A DNA stretch of 64,000 nucleotides from Priapulus caudatus (lineage: Eukaryota), in NCBI RefSeq assembly GCF_000485595.1, contig NW_014577069.1, positions 950,392-1,014,391 on the forward strand, read 5' to 3'. The notes beneath the pieces were generated by a model that saw nothing but the letters and a program-made list of their open reading frames with translations, did no database searches and had not been told where the DNA came from. The stretch's first letter is position 1. Every line of letters starts with the position of its first letter. Shown here one piece after another: positions 14,442-26,639 of the stretch. Position numbers and translations under genes: made by a program.

Positions 14442-17400
14442 GAGTTCTAGGCGTGCTTCTCCTCCAGACTCGGCTCAACCAGTCGTTACAGGCGCAGTGT
14501 TGCTCTCATGCAACTAAGTCCTGGGACGAAACATCTCGGTAGAACGCCCCAAAAACCGCCTAAACCAGCTGGCGGACTTCCTGCCACGGTGGTGGCTCTT
14601 TTCTCCTTCCAATGTGACCACTGGTGCGAACGTCAGCCGAGTCTATTCGAGTAGTCCTTCTCCGACACCACAATGGCCCTAGGAACGAGCGGGTCTCTCT
14701 TTGAAAACGGCTTAACCTGGTCGCACGGTTTAACCGCTTCATGGAGCCCGTTCCTCGGAGTGTCTTGAGTACCGAGCGCACCGGTCCTTCCACATTGGTG
14801 CTGCAGACACGTCTTGCTGAAACCCAAACACAATCATCCAAGTAGGATGCACGCATTTGTCTCGGCAAGGTGGACAAGGCTCCTCCATAAAACTTGGAAA
14901 CATCGCGCGGAACGCCCGAGACGCCAAACGGTATTCTGCTCTCCGTGTCATAGAGATCCCATGGGGTACTGAAAGCTGTGGCAGCTCTGCAACTCTTCTT
15001 GACGAACGCTCTGTGGTAGCGCTTTTCCGGTTGATCAAGTAATACAAAACCTATCCTGGTTGCCGACTCAAGCTCTGGACCTGCATGTTTCATAATCCGC
15101 GCATTGGAGTCTGCAGCACCATGTTGTCTGGTTGAACCGTCGCCCGCGCCGATAATGTATGGCCCAGCCGTAAGGGAGGCGTGTCCGTCTTCCGCAAACA
15201 GACCATGTGACATGAGTAAGGCGATTTGACTCTGAATGCCATTCACGCGTTCCAGGTAGGTACAGTCGATGTAGTCTCTTTGATTTGCTTGATACAGGGT
15301 GTGGTGTGAATCGCCTGTGCGTAGCGGCTTCGTCCTTCCACTGGGTGTCGTCTTCAACTGAATGTGCCACTGGCAAGTTGGGCGGCACACAGCCCGCACC
15401 GGGTCATCCACCTGCTTTGCTGAATGACGGCGCTATTGCTTTCCGTCCAGAAGCCATCTGGGCGGAGCTGTTGGCAACCTGTTCTGGGAGACAGTATGGA
15501 CTCCAAGTCTAATTCAACATGGGGTCCCATTTGTTCTGACTAAAGGTCCTAAGGGCTGATCGGACTACCTACGCTGCTCATGACTTACCAGCTGGAACTA
15601 GTGCTCACATGGTTGACCGGCCACACGGTTTCTCTTAACCTTCACCTTCATTCCTGTCGGCTTAACCGGTGGTTCACTAGCATCCGCCATCTCGTGCTGG
15701 CAGGAACCACAGTAATACGGACTGCACTGAGCTCCAGTCGACCAACCACCACACCACGATGTAGCCGCATAATCAGATACCTCGAAAATTGCTGCATGGG
15801 TAAATGCACGACAGGGTAGTAAATCCCTAGAAACTACTGACCGAGCAGCTTGCGGAATTTTAAGGCCCCTCGTCCCAATGACCTGTTCTCAGACACTATC
15901 CCTGAATTTGGAGGCGCACAACGCGCGCTAAAGCACTTAAAGCCCGTTTGGTTTTCCCTTCGGTAGGGGACCGCACTCTGAATGGCGCGCAGCACTTCAC
16001 GTCACTTGAACACGTTTTGCTTGGCCTTGCGCCAAATGTTCAAAACCAACAACACGGACGACACCTTATATAGTCCAGCCGTAGCCCAGAGAAGATGGAT
16101 GAAAATTCAGTCCCCGTTGGCCAGCTAGTGTTGGATGACATTGTACCCTAATATGCGGGTTTTCCAACCTATTCCACACCGAGAAAAGGAACCCCCACAT
16201 GTGTGGTCGGCCTTTCGGTGGAGCCCGCTTCGCAACTCCACATACCCACAAAGATCAAGGCATCTTCACTGCTGGCCTCACTACATTATACTGCTCATAC
16301 CACGCAGGTCCAACTTTACATGGGCTGCACTGTTTTATCTGCAAAATGTCAGTTCAAACACCATCCCCCGTCCCACTAAAGCTGACTTGTGCGCGCCGTA
16401 TTTCCAGCAAAACCGACGTCTCCCGATATCTTAGGTGTCATACGTAGACCAAACACTTCCACTACCACTAACTTACGGTTTGTGACTTTGACCTTCGGGG
16501 CCAGTCCCGTAACTGCACGCCACGTAACATTGTTCTACGCTGACGCGTCTTAGCACTCTGCTGCTCACCCTGAGTGTCGAAACTGTCTTACACAAGGGTA
16601 CGCGTGCTGGCCCAGCGCAGTCTTCTGGCATTCAATTCGAACAATGATTGTGGACCGCCAAGCGACACTGTACAACCCTTACAACGTTCCGGTAACTTGC
16701 TCCCACATTGGTAGCAAGAAAGAACTTTCACGGCAAGTTCGTTCGGTAAGCTCGTAGGGTCTCTCGCTGAGAAGAGTCACTGGTGGCCCGCCGCTGGCCA
16801 GTGACTCTCATTTGTTCCCGCAGGCGGATTTCGGATCTGAACTTAGCGTTGGGATTCGAATTCCCGGTGGCCCGACCCCACGCAAAGGAAACAGGGTAAG
16901 CGACTTCGGCGAGCTGTCGTTTCTCAGGAGATTTTATCGCACATCCATCGTTTCTCCTTGACTTGATGGTCTGACGATGCGACCTGTTGACTTGGTGGTG
17001 TCTAATATTGTTGTTTTAAACCCTGCACCTCGAGTCAGAGGGCGCCTTAATTTCCTGCGAGTACGCTCGATTCTACTTGTTCGCGCTGCTTTGACCTCCA
17101 CGCGTTTCGTGGTGGCAGTTTCCCTCCACCTGCGTGACGGCGCGTGTTTCATTTACCTCCTCGATGAGCTGCTGATCCTCCGTCGTGAGCCCGCGATAAG
17201 TCTCTGCGACCCACACGTATGAGTCCATGCCCGGAGCCGGTGCAAATCGTGTTCCGGAACTGAGTCTCGACCAGAGTTTTATCATATGCGGTAGTCAATT
17301 TTCCCCTTGAGGCGAACAGAATCTTTTGTTCAAGTGAGTATTTGATACAAAAAGTCTTGGGGTGTTTCCTTGATAGCCTGAGTGGCGGCGCAAAGTTTTT

Positions 17401-19895
17401 TGATATAGCTCCGCGTCGCAGACTTTTCACGATAAAACGAACGTACGAGGGGCCTGGGCCTTCTCAAGAGTGCTACGCCACCGAATGATGCCATCTAGCA
17501 GATCGTTTATCAGAAAACCCCCGTTCGGCCTGCTTCCACCTGCCGGAGGAAGCTAAGTAACTCAGGCAGTTCGTTTGTATCGCCAATGTTGTTTGACAAT
17601 TTAAACGTTTTCGTGTGCACGTACACTGGCCTATCGATGGCGGTAGATGAAGTGGCCCGCCACTGGTTTGGGTGGCACCACTGGTTTCACCTTGACGTCC
17701 CAAACGCGTGTCCTCTACATGTGCTTCCGGTTCAGGTCCCCTTTAGGTTCCGGTTTGGCTACTGTAGTTAGCAATGCCACTAGTTCGGTGAGGGCGCCCT
17801 CCTTCATCACAGTCCTTGGAAGTCTTTCTCGATTTCGGCCTCCAATTAATCCAAGGCGTCCTCCCTCGCTATATTTCCTTGGCGACTTCGTCACCACAGC
17901 TTCCGCGTTAGCCTCGACGACGCTCCTCTCCTGGGTGAGGCTATAGGCCTTCGTCCTCGACGGCTATGATGGTCTTCCTTCGATCCCCCATTTTGTCTCT
18001 GCAGTCTTAGATCCCGGACGAGGCCCCAAAATGTTACGGTGGGATGCTGAAAGGCGACAAAACGCGGAAATTTGTAAACAAAATGGCAGCGAAAATAAAG
18101 ACGTTCGTTCCTCACTCTTTTTTTCGGCAGACAAACTGCCTTTTGTCGACTGCCCGTGTGCGAGCATTTTCCTGCGCCATGAACCGTGCCGGTGCTGCCC
18201 CTCGTGTCCCAACGAAGAACCTAAGCACAGGTACAAACTTTTAGGCCCCCCAATTCATTTCGCCACATATACGCAACACTATCAAAAACGAAAAAACTAG
18301 TCTTGAAGGTCCAACACATATAAGAACTTCTAGAAACGCTAAAAAAGATCCCAAAATGATAAAGCCGCGGTTTGGATGGATGTACTTCCGAATTATTAAA
18401 TTTTTTGGTGGCGACATTGGACAGTTTTTACTGCGTTTCCATTAACTATGCCTATGCCAATAACACAATGTCCATAACACAAAAGCAAGGTCTGATAACC
18501 TACATCCCTAAACCAGGTAAACCACGTAATCGTCTAAAAAACTGGCGTCCAGTTTTTCAACTAAATCTGTCATATAAACTTATGTCATCCTGCATAGCTG
18601 AAAGAATCAAGGCAGTTCTAGACAGGCTAATAAATGAGGATCAAAAAGGCTTTATTCCAGGGAGAAATTTATTGGCGAAAATATTCGGCTATTGTATGAC
18701 ATCATTTTCGAGACGCCAGATGCAACATAAAGCAGGAATGTTATTACTAATTGATTTTGAGAAAGCTTTTGACAGCAGTTTTTTGGGGTTTCATTAAAAA
18801 GCCCTTGAGTTTTTAATTTCGGAGCATGATCAATTTAAAAAATTGATTCAACTGTTTCAAAGAGGTACAGAATCCTGCATCATAAACAAAATAGACACTT
18901 TCCAAGTTTTCCTGACCTAGGTAGAGCCTGCAGACGAAGGGACCCGCATCTCTCCCTACATATCTGTCATGTGTGCTGAGCTTGTTTAGGGATTGCAGTT
19001 AGGAATGATAAGAGCATTAAAGGCATCGGTGGAATGATAAGAGCATTAAACTGTGGGATAAAGTTGTTAAAATAATCGCAATACGCAGATGATACTTCCT
19101 TCCTATTAGATGGTAGTGAATAAATCACTAAGAGAATATATGAGCACTCTAAGATGGTTTTGACGATGTTTCACGGGACTCAAGGTAAATATGGATAAAC
19201 TAAGCTGTCTGACTAGGGTCGATGCGCGAGTCAGATCCGACGTTTTTGGCAGGAAAACGAATCTGATTGGTTAAACTTTTTACTACCTTAGGCGGGATTT
19301 TTTAGTTTTAGATATATTCTCTATTACCGAACGTAAATATTATGCCAAGGCTACAAAACATGAAAGCCCTTCTTAGTACTTGGTCCTATCGTAACCTAAC
19401 TCCGCTGGAGAAAATCACAGTGATTAAATCTCTTGCTTTATCTAAAATTAGCCACTTATTGATATCGCTTCTAAATCACAGTGTTGAAACTATAAAGGAA
19501 ATTGATACTAATGTTTCTCAATTTTATCTGGAATAAAAGCCTCCAAAAATTAAAAAGTCAATGATAGTGAAAAATATATGATGAGCGGGGGTTGAAAAAT
19601 GCTTAAAATAAGAAAAATCCTTGTCAACAGTCTGAAATTATCATTGGTAAGAAGATATTGTCTAAAACAGAATACCTGGAGTGTATTTCCTGAAAGATAC
19701 AGTGTCAACACCATACAAACATGGGCCCTAAGTGCCTAAAGCAGGTTCAAAAAATTGAAAATACAATTTTGGTAAGATGTCGTGTCCTGCATGGAAAAAA
19801 TTAGTGAAAAATGTATACCCGCCGGCACTTTAACAGATATATTGAACACCACTTGGGGAAATCCTCTGTAAAACTAGAACTTAATCAAGGCATGA
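14442..19895 (-). repeat. Indel-rich inverted copy of 23383-28603 (Gypsy RT/PR/gag/5'LTR plus LINE RT)
   Basis: Reverse complement matches throughout, including the LTR (18032-18267), PBS and TATA junction, with dense small indels. Confidence 0.92.
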
Positions 19896-20760
19896 GCAGA
19901 ATAAAAATCTTATACGTTTTTGGAGATCGTGTGAAAGAGATAGTAACATTAAAACACTACAGCGAATTGAGATCAGACTTCAAAATAAGTATTACCTTTC
20001 TTGATTATGATAGATTAAATAAAGGCAGTACCCAAAACATGGCTAGATAAAATTATGCCTAAAAAATTTCGGCATATGTGTTTATACTCTACAGTTGCAG
20101 GCTGTTCTAAGCGGTTAAAAATAAGGCATGTGGTGCCTATCACAAATATTTATCTCAGAGTAAAAAATAGATATCATTCTATTCACTTCAAAAATAAATG
20201 GAGGCGGGATTTTGCTTTGCGGGATGATTATATTATTAATCTGCGAAAATAATATATAGCTACCCTTTTTAGTTACACTTGACACACGTTTGAGATTCTT
20301 CGCAACACAAGATACTCCATCGTATCTTCCAACAAATAAATACTATTGCCCTTGTTAATATCAAGATTTCGAATAACTGCTCCTTCTGTGGCTCCTACAT
20401 AAAATCAATGATTCTACGCTAGTTGTTGAAGTGTGAATACTACTACAGTTGAGGTTAGACTTGTCGGCAGCTGCGTTCCGGCTTGATGCGGCTATTGTAG
20501 CATATTGATGCTTTTCACCCATGGATATTATACTAGGAAAACCTGAGCAAGACAAACATTTATTTTATAATATTAATTCACCCCACCAATTATGTCATTA
20601 TATGATGAAATCAAGCGCTAGGAGCCCAAACATTATGCAATTAAGGCATACCTGAAGATACGTAATGGAAGTTGAAAAATTATTGCTACGACACAACAAC
20701 AAGATGAACAAATTTTATTGTAAATGCGGCCAACTCCTATTACATAATTTATAACAATAT
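18268..20760 (+). pseudogene. L1/Tx1 LINE ORF2 3' half (RT, post-RT region, C-terminal Cys motif), error-rich copy; only place the LINE 3' part is seen
   Basis: Peptides LKNWRP..LN.SYK, INEDQKGFIPGR, LIDFEKAFD, QYADD, and CSFC near 20378. Confidence 0.85.
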
Positions 20761-21142
20761 AAGTCAATTATTTTTTTTTTTAATAAGCACAATATAGAAA
20801 TTGCATCTACAATTAGAGGCGATTGCATGTGTGTTCGTCGTGGTGCTGTGTGTGATGTGGTGTGTCGTGTGTGTGTCGTGTGTTGAGTGTGTGCCCCGCG
20901 CGCTGTGCATGTACGTGTGCGTGTCGATGTGTGCTGTGCACTGTAAATATATAAGATGATGAGTAAAGATATACTGTTTGTCATATACATTACATATGTT
21001 TAGTAAAATTGTACTTTTCATGCTCAAGCCTACCACTACTACTATGCCTAATTACTAATTATGAAGTCTTCTTGTAACGAAGTATACATTAGTTAGCGGC
21101 TCATACATAGCACTACTNNNNNNNNNNNNNNNNNNNNNNNNN

Positions 21143-22616
21143 GAGTCCCCGCTAGGATACAATCAGACAAGCTGACGCGATTTTCATTCCGACGAGAGAT
21201 GCTGACGGGGGTAGACCTGGTTTTTTTTACTCTATCGACTCTCCGCTATAACACTGCAAACAAGACCATGGCTAGATGCCGTTGTCTGGTAGCTGGCATA
21301 CAATGTATAACATCACATTGTGTACATGTATCGCTGACTGAGCCCACCCTGATCGGCCGCGCTTGCTTATGACGCTGTATGTGCTATGCGCTGTATAACG
21401 CTGGGCTGGCTAGTAAGATGGATAAAATTATGCTAAGCAGTGAGAGCCGCGTAAAAAATATACTTGCCCCAAAACAAAAATTGGGGCCAACCTTGGCTGG
21501 CCCCATTTCAGGCACTGTAGTAGCTCTGCTACCAGAGTAAGAGATTTAAACTAAGAAGGCCGTGAAATTTTAATTTCGGCGTGCATTCAAAGTGCAGATC
21601 TAAGACAATTCAACTGGTTTTAAATATTTGCTGCAGGGATACCTAAGAGACCCTCTTGCTCTCTCCCCCGCGGTCTGCTGCCAGAGTCCGAGCATGTTGC
21701 GCCTACTGCACGCCGGTGAAATCCATTCGGTTGCGTTTTCCCCCAAACTGACGCATTACCCACCGTTGTCTAATTTCCCTCAGAAAAAACCCTGGTCGTT
21801 AAAAAAAGGTCTGTCGCCACACGACGGACGGGCACGGCAAACGGTGCTGCGAAAGTCAAATAATGTTACTACACTTGTGCGTGCACGTGTGTGTGTGTGC
21901 GCGCGCGTGCTTGCGTGTGCGTGCGTGTTAGGGGTAGGTTTGCGGTTTAGGATTATGATTAAAACAAAGAACAACTCAAACATATCAGTAAATTTGTTTA
22001 TGTGTTGAAATATTGGCAGTCGCCCAAACTTTTTTTGGGGGGCAAGTGACTACTTGACTTGTGCAATTTTCGGTCGCCCGAGCTAGACATTGGTCGCCTG
22101 TGGCGAGTGGGCGACCGTCCATTTCAGGCACTGCTACTATAAGTTTTACGCTGCGCATTTCGCGGGAGACTCACGCATCTGGACCCATTCTCCCGTGCTC
22201 CCGCAGCCCGCGACACCCTTGTTACCCACGTTCGTGGCTGTGCACATCGTGCCTCGTGCTTGCTGGCTGGGCAGCATTGATTGAAGTACGAGGGGGCGAA
22301 TGCACTGATTGTTACAGTCGCGTGGGTGTGGTTATTGCTGTATATGTAGGGGGTGGGCACCGCGCTGGTATGAGGGAGCGACAGCAAAACTTTCCCGGAA
22401 TCGAGGAAAAAGCTGCAATCGGGAATGAACAGGAGTGTGCCGGCACGCAAAAAGAAATGTTGCTGTTTCGACGATCAAATAGGATCGATGTTTGAGGGGT
22501 CATGTTTATTACGGGAAATTACGTTCGTCACTTTTTTCGCAAAATAAGACTTTCAATCGCCAGATTACTAATTTGTTCGCCATTGGCGAATTGGCCAGTG
22601 GGTAGCGGTGGCCCTG
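21143..22616. mobile_element. Duplicate of hAT interior and right end
   Basis: 21143-21930 is the reverse complement of ~30950-31738, and 21944-22616 is a direct copy of ~31741-32420. Ends TAGCGGTGGCCCTG (right TIR) followed by GATCTT. Confidence 0.8.
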
Positions 22617-23381
22617 GATCTTGCGGCGGAGAAGCCACTCAAGGGACGCTACCAATGTTTCGCAAATTTGTCTTTCTGGAGAATACCATCAGAAAGTCTA
22701 TGAAGAGCTACACGAGAATATGGGGCACCTGGGTCCCGACAGGGTGATTGCGTTGGCCAAGGATCGGTTCTACTAGCCCGGAATGTTATCTGATATTACT
22801 TACTACATCCGGAAAAGATGCCACTGTCTCAAGGCCAAGAAACCTAACGTTGTGCGCCAAGCTGAGTTGAAGCCAATCCAAACGTCGCAACCGTTTTAGC
22901 TAGTTTCCATTGACTTTGTACAGCAGAGCGGTCGAAGGGTGGTCATAAATACCTGCTTGTCATCGTAGACCACTTTACCCGGTTCGTGCAGGCTTACGCA
23001 ACAAAGAACAAAGCTGGGAAGACCGCTGCCGACAAGATCTTCAATGACTATATTTCCCGATTCGGATTCCCGGGAAAGATCCACCATGACCAGGGTCGGG
23101 AGTTTGAAAATGAGCTATTCCATCAGCTTCAGAAGAAATGTGGCATCGGTCGCTCAAGAACAACTCCATACCACCCAGCGGGGAATGGACAATGTGGGAG
23201 AATGAATCGGGCGATTTTGGCAATGCTGCGAACCCTGGAGAAGACCCACAAGACTAACTGGAAGAGTCATGTTAATCACGTCGTGCATGCCTATAACTGC
23301 ACGAAGCATGAATCCACTGGTTACTCTCCATTCAGGCTTCTGTTTGGTCGTTCCTCCCGATTGCAGATCGACCTTATCTTT
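22617..23381 (+). pseudogene. Gypsy integrase (His/Cys zinc-binding remnant plus rve core), cleaner duplicate of ~32430-33215
   Basis: [64 protein letters not shown]. The expected catalytic E of ERMN reads G. Confidence 0.92.
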
Positions 23382-23382
23382 A

Positions 23383-24987
23383 CATGCTTTGATAAGTTCT
23401 AGTTTTACAGAGGGATTTCCCCAAAGTGGTTGGTTCAATATATCTGTTAAAGTGCCGGGTATACATTTTTCACTAATTTTTTTCCACGCAGACACGACAT
23501 CTTACCAAAATGTATTTTCAATTTTTTGAACCTGCTTTAGGCACTTAGGGCCCATTGTTAGTATGGTGTTGACACTGTATCTTTCAGGAAATACACTCCA
23601 GGTATTCTGTTTTAGACAATATCTTCTTACCAATGATAATTTCAGACTGTTGACATGATTTTCTATTTTAACCATTTTTAAACCCCCCTCATCATACATT
23701 TTCACTATCATTGACTTTTTAATTTTTGGAGGCTTTTTATTCCAGATAAATTGAGAAAACATAGTATCAATTTCCTTTATAGTTTCAACACTGTGATTTA
23801 GAAGCGATATCAATAAGTGCATGGCTAATTTTAGATAGAGCAGGAGATTTAATCACTGTGATTTTCTCCAGCGGAGTTAGGTTACGATAGGACCAAGTAC
23901 TAAGAAGGGCTTTCATGTTTTGTAGCCTTGGCATAATATTACGTTCGGTAATAGAGAATATATCTAAAACTAAAAAATCCACGCCTAAGGTAGTAAAAAA
24001 GTTTAACCAATCAAGATCGTTTTCCCTGCAAAAACGTCGATCTGACTCGCGCATCGACCCTAGTCAGACAGCTTTAGTTTTATCCATATTTACCTTGAGT
24101 CCTGAAACATCGTCAAACCATTTTAGAGTGCTCATATATTCTCTTAGTGATTATTCACTACCATCTAATAGGAAGGAAGTATCATCTGCGTATTGCGATA
24201 TTTTAACAACTTTATCCCACAGTTTAATGCTCTTATCATTCCACCGATGCCTTTAATGCTCTTATCATTCCTAACTGCAATCCCTAAAAGCTCAGCACAC
24301 ATGACAGATATGTAGGGAGAGATTGGGTCCCCTTGTCTGCAGGCTCTACCTAGTTTCAGGAAACTTGAAAAGTGTCTATTTTGTATGATGCAGGATTCTG
24401 TACCTCTTTGAAACAGTTGAATCCATTTTTTAAATGAATCTCCGAAATTAAAAACATCAAGGGCTTTTTTAATGAAACCCCAGAAAACTGTGTCAAAAGC
24501 TTTCTCAAAATCATTTGGTAATAACATTCCTGCTGTATTTTGCATCTGGGTCTCGAAAATGATGTCATACAATAGCCGAATATTTTCGCAAATAAATCTC
24601 CCTGGAATAAAGCCTTTTTGATCCTCATTTATTAGCCTGTCTAGAACTGCCTTGATTCTTTCAGCTATGCAGGATGACATAAGTTTATATGACAGATTTA
24701 GTAGAAAAACTGGACGCCAGTTTTTTAGACGATTACGTGGTTTACCTGGTTTAGGTATGTAGGTTATCAGACCTTGCTTTTGTGTTATGGACATTGTGTT
24801 ATTGGCATAGGCATAGTTAATGGAACGCAGTAAAAACTCTCCAATGTCGCACCAAAATAATTTAAATAATTCGGAAGTACATCCATCCAAACCCGGGCTT
24901 TTATCATTTTGGGATCTTTTTAGCGTTTCTAGAAGTTCTTTTGGACCTTCAAGACTAGTTTTTTCGTTTTCTGATAGTGTTGGTATA
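23383..24987 (-). pseudogene. L1/Tx1 LINE ORF2 reverse transcriptase, part downstream of the Gypsy insertion
   Basis: KSPGLDG, LKNWRPVFLLN, DQKGFIPGRFI, DFEKAFD, RQGDPISP, QYADD (~24185); frameshifted. Confidence 0.95.
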
Positions 24988-25221
24988 TGTGGCGAAATGA
25001 ATGGGGGGGCCTAAAAGTTTGTACCGTGTGGTTCAGTTCTTCGTTGGGACACGAGGGGGCAGCACCGGACGGTTCATGGCGAGGAAAATGCTCGCACACG
25101 GGCAGTCGACAAAAGGCAGTTTGTCTGCCGAAATAAAGAGTGAGGAACGAACGTCTTTATTTTCGGTCCCATTTTGTTTACAAATTTCCCGTTTTGTCCC
25201 TTTCAGCATCCCACCGTAACA
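24988..25221 (+). repeat. 5' LTR (234 bp)
   Basis: TGTGGCGAAAT...CCGTAACA, contains AATAAA, matches 34636-34868. Confidence 0.96.
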
Positions 25222-25224
25222 TTT

Positions 25225-25241
25225 TGGGGCTCGTCCGGGAT
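25225..25241 (+). promoter_or_regulatory. Primer binding site, tRNA-Pro type
   Basis: TGGGGCTCGTCCGGGAT 3 nt after the LTR; the canonical Pro PBS is TGGGGGCTCGTCCGGGAT. Confidence 0.9.
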
Positions 25242-25260
25242 CTAAGACTGCAGAGACAAA

Positions 25261-26433
25261 ATGGGGGATCGAAGGAAGACCATCATAGCCGTGAGGACGA
25301 AGGCCTATAGCCTCACCCAGGAGGAGGTCGTCGAGGCTATACGCGGAAGCTTGGGTGACGAAGTCGCCAAGGAAATAACGAGGGAGGACGCCTTGGATTA
25401 CTTGGAGGCCGAAATCGAGAAGACTTCCAAGGACGTGGATGAAGGAGTGGCCGCCCTCACGGAACTAGTGGCATTGCTAACTACAGTAGCCAAACCGGAA
25501 CCTAAACCGGGACCTGAACCGGAAGCACATGTAGAGGACACGGTTTGGGACGTCAAGGTAAAACCAGTGGTGCCACCCAAACCAGTGGTGGCCACTTCAT
25601 CTACCGCCATCGATAGGCCAGTGTACGTGCACACGAAAACGTTTAAATTGTCAAACAACATTGGCGATAAGCCGAACTGCCTGAGTTACCTTAGCTTCCT
25701 CCGGCAGGTGGAAGCAGGCCGGAACCGGGGGTTTTCTGATAACGATCTGCTAGATGGCATCATTCGTGGCGTAGCACTCTTGAGAAGGCCCAGGCCCTCG
25801 TACGTTCGTTTTATCGTGAAAAGTCTGCGACGGAGCTATATCAAAAACTTTGCGCCGCCACTCAGGCTATCAAGGAAACACCCCAAGACTTTTTGTATCA
25901 AATACTCACCTTGAAACAAAAGATTCTGTTCGCCTCAAGGGAAAAATTGACTACCGCATATGATAAAACTCTGGTCGAGACTCAGTTCCGGAACACGATT
26001 TGCACCGGGCTCCGGGATGGACTCATACGTGTGGAGTTGCTAGGACTTATCGGGGCTCACACGGAGGATCAGCAGCTCATCGAGGAGGTAAATGAAATCA
26101 CGCGCCGTCACGCAGAGGTGGAGGGAAAACTGGCCACCACGAAACGCGTGGAGGTCAAAGCAGCGGTACAAGTAGAATCGAGCGTACTCGAGGAAATTAA
26201 GGCCCTCTGACTCGAGGTGCAGGGTTTAAAACAACAATATTAGACACCACCAAGTCAACAGGTCGCATCGTCAGACCATCAAGTCAAGCGTAAACGATGG
26301 ATGTGCGATAAATCTCGAGAAACAGAAGTCGCCGAAGTGCTTACCCTGTTTCCTTTGCGGGGGGTCGGGCCACCGGAAATTCGAATGTCCCAACGCTAAG
26401 TCAGATCCGAAATCCGCCTCGGGAAACCAATGA
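25261..26433 (+). pseudogene. gag: Gypsy gag (frameshifted) with CCHC zinc knuckle
   Basis: ATG after the PBS; CFLCGGSGHRKFEC at 26347-26388; frame ends SGNQ-TGA. Confidence 0.85.
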
Positions 26434-26461
26434 GAGTCACTGGCAGCGGGGCACCAGTGAC
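26421..26461 (+). promoter_or_regulatory. -1 programmed ribosomal frameshift signal (gag-pol)
   Basis: Slippery G-GGA-AAC in gag phase, 8-nt spacer, stem GTCACTGG..CCAGTGAC; the -1 frame opens into pol. Confidence 0.8.
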
Positions 26462-26519
26462 CTCTGTCTCAGCCGAAGAGACCCCTACGAGTACGAAAGA
26501 ACTGGTGAAAGTTCTTTCT

Positions 26520-26639
26520 TGCTACCAATGTGGGAGCAAGTTACCGGAACGTGTGAAGGGTTGTACAGGATGTCGTGCGGTCACATATTGTTCGATTGAA
26601 TGCCAGAAGCTGCGCTGGCCCCAGCACCGTACCCTGTGT
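26520..26639 (+). other. MYND-type zinc finger coding segment at the pol N-terminus
   Basis: CYQC-x10-CTGC-RAVTYCSIECQKLRWPQHRTLC fits the zf-MYND pattern C-x2-C..C-x2-C-x4-YCS-x2-CQ-x3-W-x2-H-x3-C. Confidence 0.88.

Noticed and set aside
22986..23495. Integrase-LINE chimeric gene at 23382
   Set aside because: Opposite strands, and the junction lies in a block that looks misassembled
25225..25241. tRNA gene fragment
   Set aside because: Only the 3'-end complement, explained as the PBS; no full tRNA or rRNA gene seen in the window
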